Below, one piece after another: positions 15,762 through 24,090 of a stretch of DNA of 64,000 nucleotides (its first letter is position 1; each line of letters starts with the position of its first letter). Source of the DNA: an uncultured Acidimicrobiales bacterium (GTDB taxonomy: Bacteria; Actinomycetota; Acidimicrobiia; Acidimicrobiales; CADCTF01); assembly GCA_902805655.1 (NCBI GenBank), contig CADCTF010000001.1, positions 42,953 through 106,952 on the forward strand. The letters are read 5' to 3'. The position numbers were made by a program, and so were the translations under genes. The notes under the pieces are model-generated. The model saw only the letters and a program-made list of their open reading frames with translations. It was not told the origin of the DNA and made no database searches.

Positions 15762-16582
15762 GCGGCGTGGCTTCCGATCTCCCGCTCGCGCTAAGGCTCG
15801 CGCCGCCCATCGTCCTGGGTGGACGCCGGGCGGCGAGGCTGGTGGAGCGCAACATCCTGTCGTACCGGCGGATGTGGCCCCTGCTGGTGGCGGGCATGTT
15901 CGAGCCGATCTTCTACCTCTTCTCGCTCGGCGTGGGGCTGGGCCAGCTCGTGGGTGCAGTGGCCGGGCCGGACGGTCGGCCGCTTCGCTACGCCGCGTTC
16001 GTGGCTCCCGCGTTCCTCGCGTCATCGGCCATGAACGGCGCCATCATCGACGCCACCTTCGGCCTCTTCTACAAGCTCAAGTACGCGAAGACGTACGAAG
16101 CGGTGCTGTCGACGCCCCTCGGTGTGACCGACGTGGCGTTCGGCGAGATGTCATGGTCGCTGATCCGCGGTGGCCTCTACAGCGCCGTGTTCATCTGCGT
16201 CATGGCTGCGGCCGGTCTCGTCGAGTCCTGGTGGGGGCTGCTGGCCTGGCCCGCCTGCCTGCTCATCGCCGCCGCCTTCGCATCCATCGGCATGGCGGCG
16301 ACGACGTACATGCGGGGATGGCAGGACTTCGACCTGATCCAGCTCGTCGTGCTCCCGCTGTTCCTGTTCTCGGCGACCTTCTTCCCGCTCACCACCTATC
16401 CCCGACCGGTGCAGCTGTTGGTGTGGTGCACACCGCTGTTCCACGGGGTCGACCTCGTCCGGCGGCTCACCACCGGCGCGGTCGGCTGGGAGGTGGCCGT
16501 GCACGTCGCCTACCTCGGCGTCATGGTCGCCATCGGCATGCGCATCGTGCAGGCGCGCCTGGCGACCCTGCTGCTGCGCTGA
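15758..16582 (+). CDS. ABC-2 type transporter permease (second subunit)
   Basis: GTGA overlap with the previous permease. 274 aa and paralogous to it (shared ...LPLFLFS.TFFP...TPL.HGV.L.R... block). Confidence 0.85.
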   Translation: MSGVASDLPLALRLAPPIVLGGRRAARLVERNILSYRRMWPLLVAGMFEPIFYLFSLGVGLGQLVGAVAGPDGRPLRYAAFVAPAFLASSAMNGAIIDATFGLFYKLKYAKTYEAVLSTPLGVTDVAFGEMSWSLIRGGLYSAVFICVMAAAGLVESWWGLLAWPACLLIAAAFASIGMAATTYMRGWQDFDLIQLVVLPLFLFSATFFPLTTYPRPVQLLVWCTPLFHGVDLVRRLTTGAVGWEVAVHVAYLGVMVAIGMRIVQARLATLLLR

Positions 16583-16599
16583 CCGTCAAGGCGAAGGCG

Positions 16600-18093
16600 T
16601 CACCTTGGCGTCGCTCGGCCGTGTCCGGACGGCTCCTCACGGATCCGGACGAGGCGCAGCACGTCGGTGGTGGGCTCGGGGTCGTCCGGCGAGCCGACGA
16701 GCACGGCGACGGTGTCGCCGTGCTTCACCAGGCCGCCCTCGACGGCAGCCATGACGGCGAACCACACGATCTCGTCGGTCGTCTCCCGACGCTCGATGAC
16801 CACCGGGGTGATGCCCCAAGCCACCGCGAGCTGGCGGGCCGTGCGCTCTGACGGCGTGGCCGCGAGGATCGGCATCGTGGGCCGGAAGCGGGAGATGGCA
16901 CGTGCCGTGTCGCCGGTGTTGGTGCAGGCGATGATGGCCGTGACGTCGGCGTCCACGGCTGCCCTCCAGCCAGCCGCGGAGATGGCTCCCGTGATGCGCA
17001 CGTCGGCCGAGGCGTCGGCGGCCAGCGCGGCCTGCGTGCGGCCGAGGTTGCGACCCCAGCCGAGGTAGTCGAAGTCCTCCTCGGCGCGGGCCGCTAAGCG
17101 GGCCATGGTGGCGACGACGAGGGCGGGGTCGTGGCCGATGGCCGTCTCGCCCGAGAGCATGACCGCGCTGGTGCCGTCGAACACGGCGTTGGCCACGTCG
17201 GTCGCCTCGGCGCGGGTCGGCACCGGTGCCCGCACCATCGACTCGAGCATCTGGGTGGCCGTGATCACCGGGCGCCCGTGCGCCACCCCGGAGCGGATGA
17301 TGCGCTTCTGGTAGTGCGGCACGTCCTCGAGGGCGCAGCGGATGCCGAGGTCGCCTCGTGCCACCATGACGCCGTCGGAGACGGCCAGGATCTCCTCGAG
17401 CGAGTCGACCGCCTGCTGGGTCTCGATCTTGGCGACCAGCATGGGGGCGTCGGAGCCGGCCGCAGAGCGGAACCGGCGCATGTCGTCGGCGCTGCGCACG
17501 AACGAGAGGGCGACCGCGTCGACTCCGGCGTCGAGCATCGCGGCCAGCATTCGCAGATCCTCGGCGGTGGGCGTTCCGGCGGTGAGGCGCTCGGGCGGCA
17601 GGCTGACCCCGGGGCGACCGAGCATGCGCCCGCCCGTGGTCACCGTGGCCAGCGCCCGCTCGGCCCCGACGCTGTCGACGAGAAGCGAGGTGCCACCGTC
17701 GCCGAGGCTCACGGAGTCACCGGCCTGGAGGATCGCCAGCAGGTCGGACTGATCGACGGCGATCCGACGGTTGTCGCTGCCCATCCCGGCCGCAGACGGC
17801 ACCAGCTCGATGCGCTCGCCCTGCTCGAGCATCACACCGGCATCGGGGAACGAAGCGGCGCGCACCTTGGGTCCGGGCAGGTCGGCCAGCACCCCCACCG
17901 TGCGCCCCACCTGGCGGGCCACAGCACGGATCTGGGCGATCCGTTCGATCGTCTCCTCCACCGGGCCGTGCGCGAGCGAGACCCGCGCCATGTCCATGCC
18001 GGCCTCCATCATCGAAGCCAGCACCTTCGGGCTCTCCGAGGCCGGGCCGATGGTGGCGACGATCTTCGTTCGGCGGTCGGCTCGGCGCTCCAT
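16600..18093 (-). CDS. pyk: pyruvate kinase
   Basis: C-terminal 497 aa of ORF 16600..19065, from ATG 18093: MERRADRRTKIVATIGPAS..., ...MVARGDLG..., ...VMLSGETA.... Confidence 0.93.
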   Translation of the reverse strand: MERRADRRTKIVATIGPASESPKVLASMMEAGMDMARVSLAHGPVEETIERIAQIRAVARQVGRTVGVLADLPGPKVRAASFPDAGVMLEQGERIELVPSAAGMGSDNRRIAVDQSDLLAILQAGDSVSLGDGGTSLLVDSVGAERALATVTTGGRMLGRPGVSLPPERLTAGTPTAEDLRMLAAMLDAGVDAVALSFVRSADDMRRFRSAAGSDAPMLVAKIETQQAVDSLEEILAVSDGVMVARGDLGIRCALEDVPHYQKRIIRSGVAHGRPVITATQMLESMVRAPVPTRAEATDVANAVFDGTSAVMLSGETAIGHDPALVVATMARLAARAEEDFDYLGWGRNLGRTQAALAADASADVRITGAISAAGWRAAVDADVTAIIACTNTGDTARAISRFRPTMPILAATPSERTARQLAVAWGITPVVIERRETTDEIVWFAVMAAVEGGLVKHGDTVAVLVGSPDDPEPTTDVLRLVRIREEPSGHGRATPR

Positions 18094-18100
18094 GGGCGCC

Positions 18101-18106
18101 ACGCTA
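18101..18106 (-). promoter_or_regulatory. putative -10 hexamer TAGCGT (minus strand), 7 nt before pyk ATG 18093
   Basis: The minus strand reads TTAGCGTGGCGCCC-ATG. Same hexamer and similar downstream bases as at 24818 and 59045. Confidence 0.4.
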
Positions 18107-18191
18107 ACGAGCGCCAGGGATGGCCTGGCGCGTGTTCTGCGCTCGGAGCACGGTGGGTAGGCCACCGCGACCCGACGCACAGGAGGCAGGC

Positions 18192-18356
18192 ATGTCAGAC
18201 AACGAGAAGCAGAGCAGCGAGCAGGCGGGCGAGCAGAAGGACCTGCCAGGGCTGCCCGGATCACCCGAGGCCGAGGCCGGCCCGAGCGAGACCGATCCCG
18301 AGGTGCCGAGCGCGAAGACCGCTGCCGGGCCTGAGGACTCGCCTCGGGTGGACTGA
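18192..18356 (+). CDS. small acidic low-complexity hypothetical protein (54 aa)
   Basis: ATG 18192 is preceded by a consensus AGGAGG (18181-18186, 5-nt spacer). About 85 percent G/C at third positions by hand count. MSDNEKQSSEQAGEQKDLPGLPGSPEAEAGPSETDPEVPSAKTAAGPEDSPRVD. No recognisable family. Confidence 0.45.
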   Translation: MSDNEKQSSEQAGEQKDLPGLPGSPEAEAGPSETDPEVPSAKTAAGPEDSPRVD

Positions 18357-18374
18357 ACCTTTGCGGCAGGCCGG

Positions 18375-19154
18375 CTAGCGCTGGTGCTTCGGGCACCACC
18401 ACGTGCTGCGCCCGCCCACAGTGGCGTGCACGAGCGCCGCACCGTCTCTCGGGCACGCCCCGCCCGGGCGACGGTGCGGCAGCAGGTCCCCGTGATGAGA
18501 GCCGCCTCGTTCGAGCAGGTCGTCGAGCGTGCGGCGGAGGTGGTGGTGCAGCCGTCGCAGCTCGGTGACGCCCAGGGCGCCGGCAGGTCGCCGGGGATCC
18601 AGGCCGGCCCGCCACAGCGCCTCGTCCGCGATGAGGTTGCCGACGCCGGCGACTCTCGCCTGATCGAGCAGTCGCGCCTTCAAGGGTGCGGTGCTGGCCG
18701 CCAGCGCGTCTCTGAGCTGGGCCGGAGCGAGGCCGAGGGCGTCCGGCCCGAGCCTGCCCTCGTCCGGATCGAGCTCGACGCCTCCGAGCCGGCGCGGGTC
18801 GCGCATGGTCAGACGCCCGCCGTCGACGAAGCGCACCTCGAAGCGGTCCCATGCCGTCTCGGCCCGGTCGCTGGAGTACAGCATTCCTTCCACACCGGCG
18901 TCGCCATCCACGAGCAGGCGACCGGTCATACCGAAGCGAAGCCCGAGGGTGGGGCCGTCGGTGTCGAGCAGCAGGAGCTTGCCGATCCGGCGAGCTGCGT
19001 TGAAGCGGCGGGCCTCCAGCGCGGCCGTGACGGTGGGCGGATCGAGCCCCCGCTTGAGGAACCACGTGTCCGGCGCATGCACGCCCAGCACGGTGCGGTC
19101 GAGCGCTCGTTCGGCCAGGCGCCGGTACAGCTCGACCTCCGGCAGCTCCGGCAC
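18375..19154 (-). CDS. Fpg/Nei-family DNA glycosylase/AP lyase
   Basis: GTG 19154 gives (M)PELPEVE..., the invariant Fpg/Nei N-terminus. H2TH region GVGNLIADEALWRAGL. C-terminal finger reads CPRD...WCPKH. Confidence 0.88.
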   Translation of the reverse strand: MPELPEVELYRRLAERALDRTVLGVHAPDTWFLKRGLDPPTVTAALEARRFNAARRIGKLLLLDTDGPTLGLRFGMTGRLLVDGDAGVEGMLYSSDRAETAWDRFEVRFVDGGRLTMRDPRRLGGVELDPDEGRLGPDALGLAPAQLRDALAASTAPLKARLLDQARVAGVGNLIADEALWRAGLDPRRPAGALGVTELRRLHHHLRRTLDDLLERGGSHHGDLLPHRRPGGACPRDGAALVHATVGGRSTWWCPKHQR

Positions 19155-19161
19155 CGGGCGC

Positions 19162-19167
19162 ACGGTA
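19162..19167 (-). promoter_or_regulatory. putative -10 hexamer TACCGT (minus strand), 7 nt before fpg/nei GTG 19154
   Basis: TANNNT at leaderless spacing. Divergent partner of the hexamer at 19202. Confidence 0.4.
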
Positions 19168-19201
19168 CCGCCGGGATCTGCGCTTCGTTCCGCGCAGGCT
19201 C

Positions 19202-19207
19202 TAGCCT
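19202..19207 (+). promoter_or_regulatory. putative -10 hexamer TAGCCT, 8 nt before ATG 19216
   Basis: TANNNT at leaderless spacing in the 61-nt divergent intergenic region. Confidence 0.4.
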
Positions 19208-19215
19208 CCCCGGCC

Positions 19216-20382
19216 ATGGCAGAACGCTGGACCGCGCAGTGGAAGGAGCTCTACGCCGAGGTCGTCACCTCCGGGCTGTGCACCGGTTGTGCGGGCTGCG
19301 TCGTGGTGTGCCCGCATGACGTCCTGAGCTACAACGACAAGGACGGCATCTACAAGCCGTTCCACATCGAGGAGGAGCTGGGCCCCGACAACTGCGTCCA
19401 TGGCGAGAAGGGCTGCACGTCGTGCACCCGCGCCTGCCCGCGCTTCCGTGCGTGGGAGCCGGAGGTCGACAAGTTCCTCTTCGGCCGGGCCCGAGACCCG
19501 AAGGAGCTGTCCGGCATCTCCAAGGACGTCATCCTCGCCCGTGCCTCCGACGACATGGTCCACAAGATGGGCCAGGACGGCGGCCTCGTGTCCGCGATCC
19601 TCATCTGGTGCCTCGAGAAGGGCTACATCGACGCCGCCCTCGTGTCCTACCTGGAGGGCGACGGGAGCACCTGGAAGGCCATCCCCGGCGTGGCCAAGAC
19701 GCGTGATGACGTGCTGCGCGGCGCCGGAAGCCGCTACACGTACTCGTCCAACACCATGGCCTACGACGAGGCCATCGCCGGGGGCGCGGAGAAGGTCGCT
19801 CTCGTCGGCATGGGCTGCCAGACGTCTTCCCCGCCGGTGATGAACGCGCGCAAGGTCGGCAAGGTGGGCCGCCGGTTCGCTCTGAACGTCGGGCTGCTCT
19901 GCTCGAAGACCTTCGACGACGCCATCTTCGAGGAGCTCTTCGAGGCCAAGTACGGCCTCAAGAAGCAGGACATGCAGAAGATGAACATCAAGGGCGTGTT
20001 CCAGATCTGGATGAAGAACGGCGACTACCACGAGATCGATCTCAAGGAGTGCCACCAGTGGACGCGCGAGGGCTGCAAGCTCTGCCCTGACTTCGCCGCC
20101 GAGCACGCCGACATCTCGACCGGCGGCATCGGCGAGTTCAGCGACTGGACGCTCACCGTGGTCCGCACCGACCTCGGCCGGGAGATCCTCATCAAGATGC
20201 TGGAGGACGGCTCGATCATCGGGCGCCCGGGTGACGACGACCCCGGTGCGATCGACCTGATGCGTCGCCTCTCGACCGTCAGTCGCCGGCGGTGGCCGGA
20301 CTGGGCACCCGTGCAGGAGCCGAAGCTCGGCGTGCCGCCGCCCAAGCCGAAGAAGAAGGCCGCCGCACCCGCACCCGCCTGA
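19216..20382 (+). CDS. FrhB/FdhB-family (coenzyme F420 hydrogenase/dehydrogenase beta-like) oxidoreductase with N-terminal 2x[4Fe-4S] ferredoxin motifs
   Basis: From ATG 19216 in ORF 18691..20382. CTGCAGCVVVCP and CTSCTRACP cluster motifs, then an FrhB-like core (GQDGGLVSAIL...GSRYTYSSN...VGMGCQ...CKLCPDF...DISTGG). Ends in a Lys/Pro/Ala-rich tail. Confidence 0.8.
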   Translation: MAERWTAQWKELYAEVVTSGLCTGCAGCVVVCPHDVLSYNDKDGIYKPFHIEEELGPDNCVHGEKGCTSCTRACPRFRAWEPEVDKFLFGRARDPKELSGISKDVILARASDDMVHKMGQDGGLVSAILIWCLEKGYIDAALVSYLEGDGSTWKAIPGVAKTRDDVLRGAGSRYTYSSNTMAYDEAIAGGAEKVALVGMGCQTSSPPVMNARKVGKVGRRFALNVGLLCSKTFDDAIFEELFEAKYGLKKQDMQKMNIKGVFQIWMKNGDYHEIDLKECHQWTREGCKLCPDFAAEHADISTGGIGEFSDWTLTVVRTDLGREILIKMLEDGSIIGRPGDDDPGAIDLMRRLSTVSRRRWPDWAPVQEPKLGVPPPKPKKKAAAPAPA

Positions 20383-20412
20383 TCTCCAGCGCAGCCTGGG
20401 TCTGAAGGTGGG

Positions 20413-21687
20413 CTACGCGGTGGCCGGGGTGGTCGAGGCCACCCGCTCGGGTGCAGGACCGGCCAGCACCAGCACGCTGGTGGCGGCCACGATGGCCAGC
20501 AGCAGCGCGCCGTAGGCGAAGGGCTTGATCGACCCGTCGTAGGCGGAGTCGACCAGGGAGCCGATGAGTGCGCCGCCTCCGGTGGACACGGTGCCGAGCA
20601 CGGCTGCGGCCATGCCGGCAACGTGCGGGAGCGGCGCCATGGCCGCCGTGTTGGCGTTGGGCATCAGCATCGACACGGCGGGCAGCAGGAGCGCCACCGG
20701 CACGCAGAAGGCCCACAGCGGCGGCCGGCCGTCGGTGAAGGTGGCCACGGCGGCCAGGATGGCGGCCGCCCCGAGCAGGTGGAGCACGCTGAACCGCACG
20801 AGGCGGTCGAAGCCGAAGCGCTGCACGACCGCACCGTTCACCAGGTTGCCGACGCCGAGCATGCACGCCAGCACACCGAAGATGATCGGGAAGGCCTCGG
20901 CCTGGCCGAACACCTCCACGATGAGGATCTGGGCGCTGCCGATGTAGGACGCCATGGTGCCGAACAGGCACGTGAGGGCGAGCGCGAAGGCCACGGTCCG
21001 GCGGTTCCTGAGCACCTCGCCGAGGGCCATCCCGAGCGCGGCTGGAGTGACGGCGCGGCGACGCTCCGGCGGCAGCGTCTCGGGCAGCCGGATGGCCCAG
21101 AGGGCGAGGCCGGCGGCGAGCACCACGGGCAACCAGAACACCACCCGCCACGGAGCGACGGCCAGAAGCAGCGAACCCACTCCCGGCGCGAAGACGGGCA
21201 CCACGATGAACGTGGCCATGACGTGGGACATCGCCCGCGCCATGCGGTCGCCGTGGAACGTGTCGCGCACCATGGCGAGGGCGAGTGATCTCGGCGCGGC
21301 CGCGCCCATCCCCCAGAAGACCCGGCAGATGATCACACCGGTGAGGGACGGCATGAGCGCGGCGGCGGCGGCACTGGTGACGTAGATGACGAGACCGGCG
21401 TAGAGCAGCGGCTTGCGGCCGAAGCGGTCGGACATGGGTCCGTACACGAGCTGCCCGACGGCCAACCCGAGCAGGAAGGCGGTGATCAGGAACGAGACTC
21501 GGGTGGACTCCGGCCCGAGCCCGAAGGCCTGTCGCATCTCGGGGAAGGCGGGCAGCATCAGGTCGATGGACAGCGCGGCCATGCCCATGCAGCAGGCGAC
21601 GAGCACCACGAACTCCTTGGGCCCGGCCGCGCCGCGACGGCTGGTGGTGGCAAGCGTGCTGTCGTCGCCGGCCTCGGCTCGGCTCAC
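20413..21687 (-). CDS. MFS transporter (Bcr/CflA-like drug resistance type)
   Basis: 424 aa, about 12 TM. GPMSDRFGRKPLL motif between TM2 and TM3. Confidence 0.88.
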   Translation of the reverse strand: MSRAEAGDDSTLATTSRRGAAGPKEFVVLVACCMGMAALSIDLMLPAFPEMRQAFGLGPESTRVSFLITAFLLGLAVGQLVYGPMSDRFGRKPLLYAGLVIYVTSAAAAALMPSLTGVIICRVFWGMGAAAPRSLALAMVRDTFHGDRMARAMSHVMATFIVVPVFAPGVGSLLLAVAPWRVVFWLPVVLAAGLALWAIRLPETLPPERRRAVTPAALGMALGEVLRNRRTVAFALALTCLFGTMASYIGSAQILIVEVFGQAEAFPIIFGVLACMLGVGNLVNGAVVQRFGFDRLVRFSVLHLLGAAAILAAVATFTDGRPPLWAFCVPVALLLPAVSMLMPNANTAAMAPLPHVAGMAAAVLGTVSTGGGALIGSLVDSAYDGSIKPFAYGALLLAIVAATSVLVLAGPAPERVASTTPATA

Positions 21688-22163
21688 GTGGCGCTGGGCC
21701 GGCTGAGCGCCTTGCGGATCTGGTCGAGGTGCTCCCGGTCGTGGTTCGCCACCGAGCCGGCCAGCTGCAGCACCGACTGCTCGCCCCGCTCACCGTGGAG
21801 CCCCGTCAGCCTCCACTCGGCGTCGTCCAACGAGCCGAAGAGCCGGAGGTTGGCGTCGCGCAGCGCCCGCCAGCGCGACGTGCACTGCTTGGGGTCGGTG
21901 TCGAGCTCGGCGAAGCGCGTCACCCACCGCTGCTCGTCGTAGGGAGCGAGGTACGGGCGATCGCCGGTGAGCACCATGCGCACGCGCACGCTGTACACCA
22001 GCTCTGCGTCCGCCAGGTGGGCGAGCACCATGGCCGCCGACCACTGCCCCTCAACGGGGACCTTTTGCAGCCGCTCGGGGCTTGCGCTGCCGGTGAGGGC
22101 GACCAGATCCCGCGTCGCCGCCTTGAGCCGGGCGACGGTGGTGGCGGGGTCCGGCGCGCGCAT
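21684..22163 (-). CDS. DinB-family (DinB_2-like) four-helix-bundle protein
   Basis: 159 aa. WSAAMVLAHLADAELV...VANHDREHLDQI His-triad pattern. ATGA overlap with the MFS start. Confidence 0.78.
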   Translation of the reverse strand: MRAPDPATTVARLKAATRDLVALTGSASPERLQKVPVEGQWSAAMVLAHLADAELVYSVRVRMVLTGDRPYLAPYDEQRWVTRFAELDTDPKQCTSRWRALRDANLRLFGSLDDAEWRLTGLHGERGEQSVLQLAGSVANHDREHLDQIRKALSRPSAT

Positions 22164-22169
22164 CTCCGT

Positions 22170-22175
22170 AGGGTA
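22170..22175 (-). promoter_or_regulatory. putative -10 hexamer TACCCT (minus strand), 6 nt before ATG 22163
   Basis: TANNNT at leaderless spacing upstream of the DinB-MFS operon. Confidence 0.4.
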
Positions 22176-22193
22176 GACACTCGAGGTTCCTAG

Positions 22194-22892
22194 TCAGCCC
22201 AGGCCGGACAGCTCCTTGGCCCGCGTGAAGACGGCGTCGAACATGGCCTCGGTCAGCACGCCCGTGAAGGTGTTCTGCTGGCTCGGGTGGTACGAGCACA
22301 CGAGGGTCCAGCCCCGGTCGGTCGGCACCTCCACCAGATGGCCGAAGGGCGGCCGGGGGCGGATGCCCACCATGGTGCAGATCACGTTGTACGCGAACTG
22401 GCCCAACGCCACCACCACGCGGAGATCGGTGAGGAGCGCCATCTCCCGCTCGAGGTACGGCCGGCACGTCTCCCGCTCCGCCGGCGTGGGCGCGTTGCCC
22501 GGTGGTGCGCAACGCACCGCCGCCGCCACGTAGGCGTCCCGCAGCGCCAGCCCGTCGTCGGCGGAGACACTGGTGGGCTGGTTGGCGTAGCCCGCCCGGA
22601 ACAGCGCCCGGAAGACCCAGTCGCCGCTGCGGTCGCCCGTGAAGACCCGCCCGGTGCGGTTGCCCCCGTGCGCCGCCGGCGCCAGGCCGACGAGCAGAAC
22701 CCGCGCCCGAGGGTCACCGAAGCCGGGAATGGGCCGGCCCCAGTAGTCCTCGTCACGGAATGCGGCACGCTTCTCACGAGCCACCAGCTCGCGCCAGGCC
22801 ACCAGTCGCGGGCAGGCGAAGCAGTCGACGATCTCGGAGGTGACCCGCTCGAGCGAGTCCTCACCGACCGGGGTGGGCGAATGTTCCGGCAC
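22194..22892 (-). CDS. uracil-DNA glycosylase, family 5 (UdgB-like)
   Basis: GLAPAAHGGNRTGRVFTGD motif (family 5 type) and CFACPRL Fe-S Cys region. I chose GTG 22892 because a TACCCT hexamer sits 6 nt upstream. The alternative, ATG 22922, would overlap the divergent ATG 22921. Confidence 0.82.
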   Translation of the reverse strand: MPEHSPTPVGEDSLERVTSEIVDCFACPRLVAWRELVAREKRAAFRDEDYWGRPIPGFGDPRARVLLVGLAPAAHGGNRTGRVFTGDRSGDWVFRALFRAGYANQPTSVSADDGLALRDAYVAAAVRCAPPGNAPTPAERETCRPYLEREMALLTDLRVVVALGQFAYNVICTMVGIRPRPPFGHLVEVPTDRGWTLVCSYHPSQQNTFTGVLTEAMFDAVFTRAKELSGLG

Positions 22893-22898
22893 GGGCTG

Positions 22899-22904
22899 AG
22901 GGTA
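22899..22904 (-). promoter_or_regulatory. putative -10 hexamer TACCCT (minus strand), 6 nt before GTG 22892
   Basis: Overlaps by 2 nt the plus-strand TAGGTT (22903-22908) that precedes ATG 22921 by 12 nt. Confidence 0.35.
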
Positions 22905-22920
22905 GGTTGAACGACCGAAC

Positions 22921-23568
22921 ATGCCCCGCCGAGCGAAGCCGACACCACCGACCGTCGTGCACCTGGTGCGGCACGGACAGACCCCGACCACCGGATCCGT
23001 GCTGCCGGGGAGGGCCAAGGGCCTCGACCTTGCTGACTCCGGGCAGGCGCAGGCGCAGGCGGTTGGCGAGCGCCTGGCTCTGCTCGAGTCGGTGGACGCC
23101 GTCTATGCCTCGCCACTCGAACGCACCCGGCAGACCGCCGCTCCGATCGCCAAGCTCCGGGGCCTCAAGGTCGTGGCCGAGCGCGGACTGCTCGAGTGCG
23201 AGTTCGGCGAGTGGACGGGCCGCAGCCTCAAGGAGCTCATGAAGCTGCCCGAGTGGTCGACGGTGCAGCGCTACCCGAGCGGCTTCCGCTTCCCCGGCGG
23301 CGAGTCCTTCGCAGAGATGCAGACCCGCATCACCGGGGCCATCGCCAAGCTGGTGGCGGCGCACCCAGGTGGCACCATCGTCGCCGTCTCCCACGCCGAC
23401 CCCATCAAGGCTGCGGTCGCAGCCGCGCTCGGCACCCATCTCGACCTGTTCCAACGCATCGTGATCTCGCCTTGCTCGGTGACCACGATCGCCTACGGCT
23501 CGGTCGGGCCGACGGTGCTCACGGTCAACTCGATGACCGGTGACCTGAGCCAGCTGGCGCCCTCGTGA
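22921..23568 (+). CDS. histidine-phosphatase superfamily protein (MSMEG_4193-type putative phosphomutase)
   Basis: 215 aa. VHLVRHGQT (RHG motif), ASPLERTRQTA, and VAVSHADPIKA (second catalytic His). Confidence 0.85.
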   Translation: MPRRAKPTPPTVVHLVRHGQTPTTGSVLPGRAKGLDLADSGQAQAQAVGERLALLESVDAVYASPLERTRQTAAPIAKLRGLKVVAERGLLECEFGEWTGRSLKELMKLPEWSTVQRYPSGFRFPGGESFAEMQTRITGAIAKLVAAHPGGTIVAVSHADPIKAAVAAALGTHLDLFQRIVISPCSVTTIAYGSVGPTVLTVNSMTGDLSQLAPS

Positions 23569-23577
23569 GGAGCTCGG

Positions 23578-24090
23578 ATGCCTGAGCCCTACGACCTGCC
23601 CTCGGTCGAGGCGATCACGGTCGGCACGGTAGGCCCGCCCGGGCAGCGCGTCTTCTACCTGCAGGCCCGGCTGGGTCCGGAGGTCGTCACCCTCAAGTGC
23701 GAGAAGACCCAGGTCGCTGCGCTCGCCACCGCCCTCACCGAGCTGCTGGCCGACCTTCCGCCTCCTGGCCCCATGCCCTCCGACCTCGACCTGCAGGAGC
23801 CCGTGCAGCCCGCCTTCGTGGCCGGGGCGATGGCGCTGACCCCCTACGACGTCGCCACCGGAAAGGTGACCCTGGTCGTGCAGGAGGCGGTGCGCGACGA
23901 CACCGACGACGCCGGGGACGTGGGAGCGCAAGAGGCGCGCTTCGGCATCGACCAGGCCCAGATCGCCGCGCTGGCCGTGCGGGGTGCCGACCTCGTGCAG
24001 CAGGGCCGCCCCAACTGTCCGCTCTGCGGGCAACCGATCGATCCGAGTGGACACGCGTGCCCCCGCAGCAACGGCCATCTGAAGCACTGA
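23578..24090 (+). CDS. DUF3090-type protein with C-terminal Cys/His knuckle
   Basis: 170 aa. ITVGTVGPPGQRVFYLQAR...VTLKCEK and a C-terminal CPLCGQPIDPSGHACPRSNGH. Starts 9 nt after the phosphatase gene. Confidence 0.78.
   Translation: MPEPYDLPSVEAITVGTVGPPGQRVFYLQARLGPEVVTLKCEKTQVAALATALTELLADLPPPGPMPSDLDLQEPVQPAFVAGAMALTPYDVATGKVTLVVQEAVRDDTDDAGDVGAQEARFGIDQAQIAALAVRGADLVQQGRPNCPLCGQPIDPSGHACPRSNGHLKH

Noticed and set aside
18094-19065. 324-codon N-terminal extension of the pyruvate kinase ORF (track ORF 16600..19065)
   Set aside because: The extension is Arg/Pro/Ala-rich junk that runs across the 54-aa ORF and the fpg/nei gene in another frame. The pyk homology begins at MERRADRRTKIVATIGPAS, with a TAGCGT hexamer 7 nt upstream.
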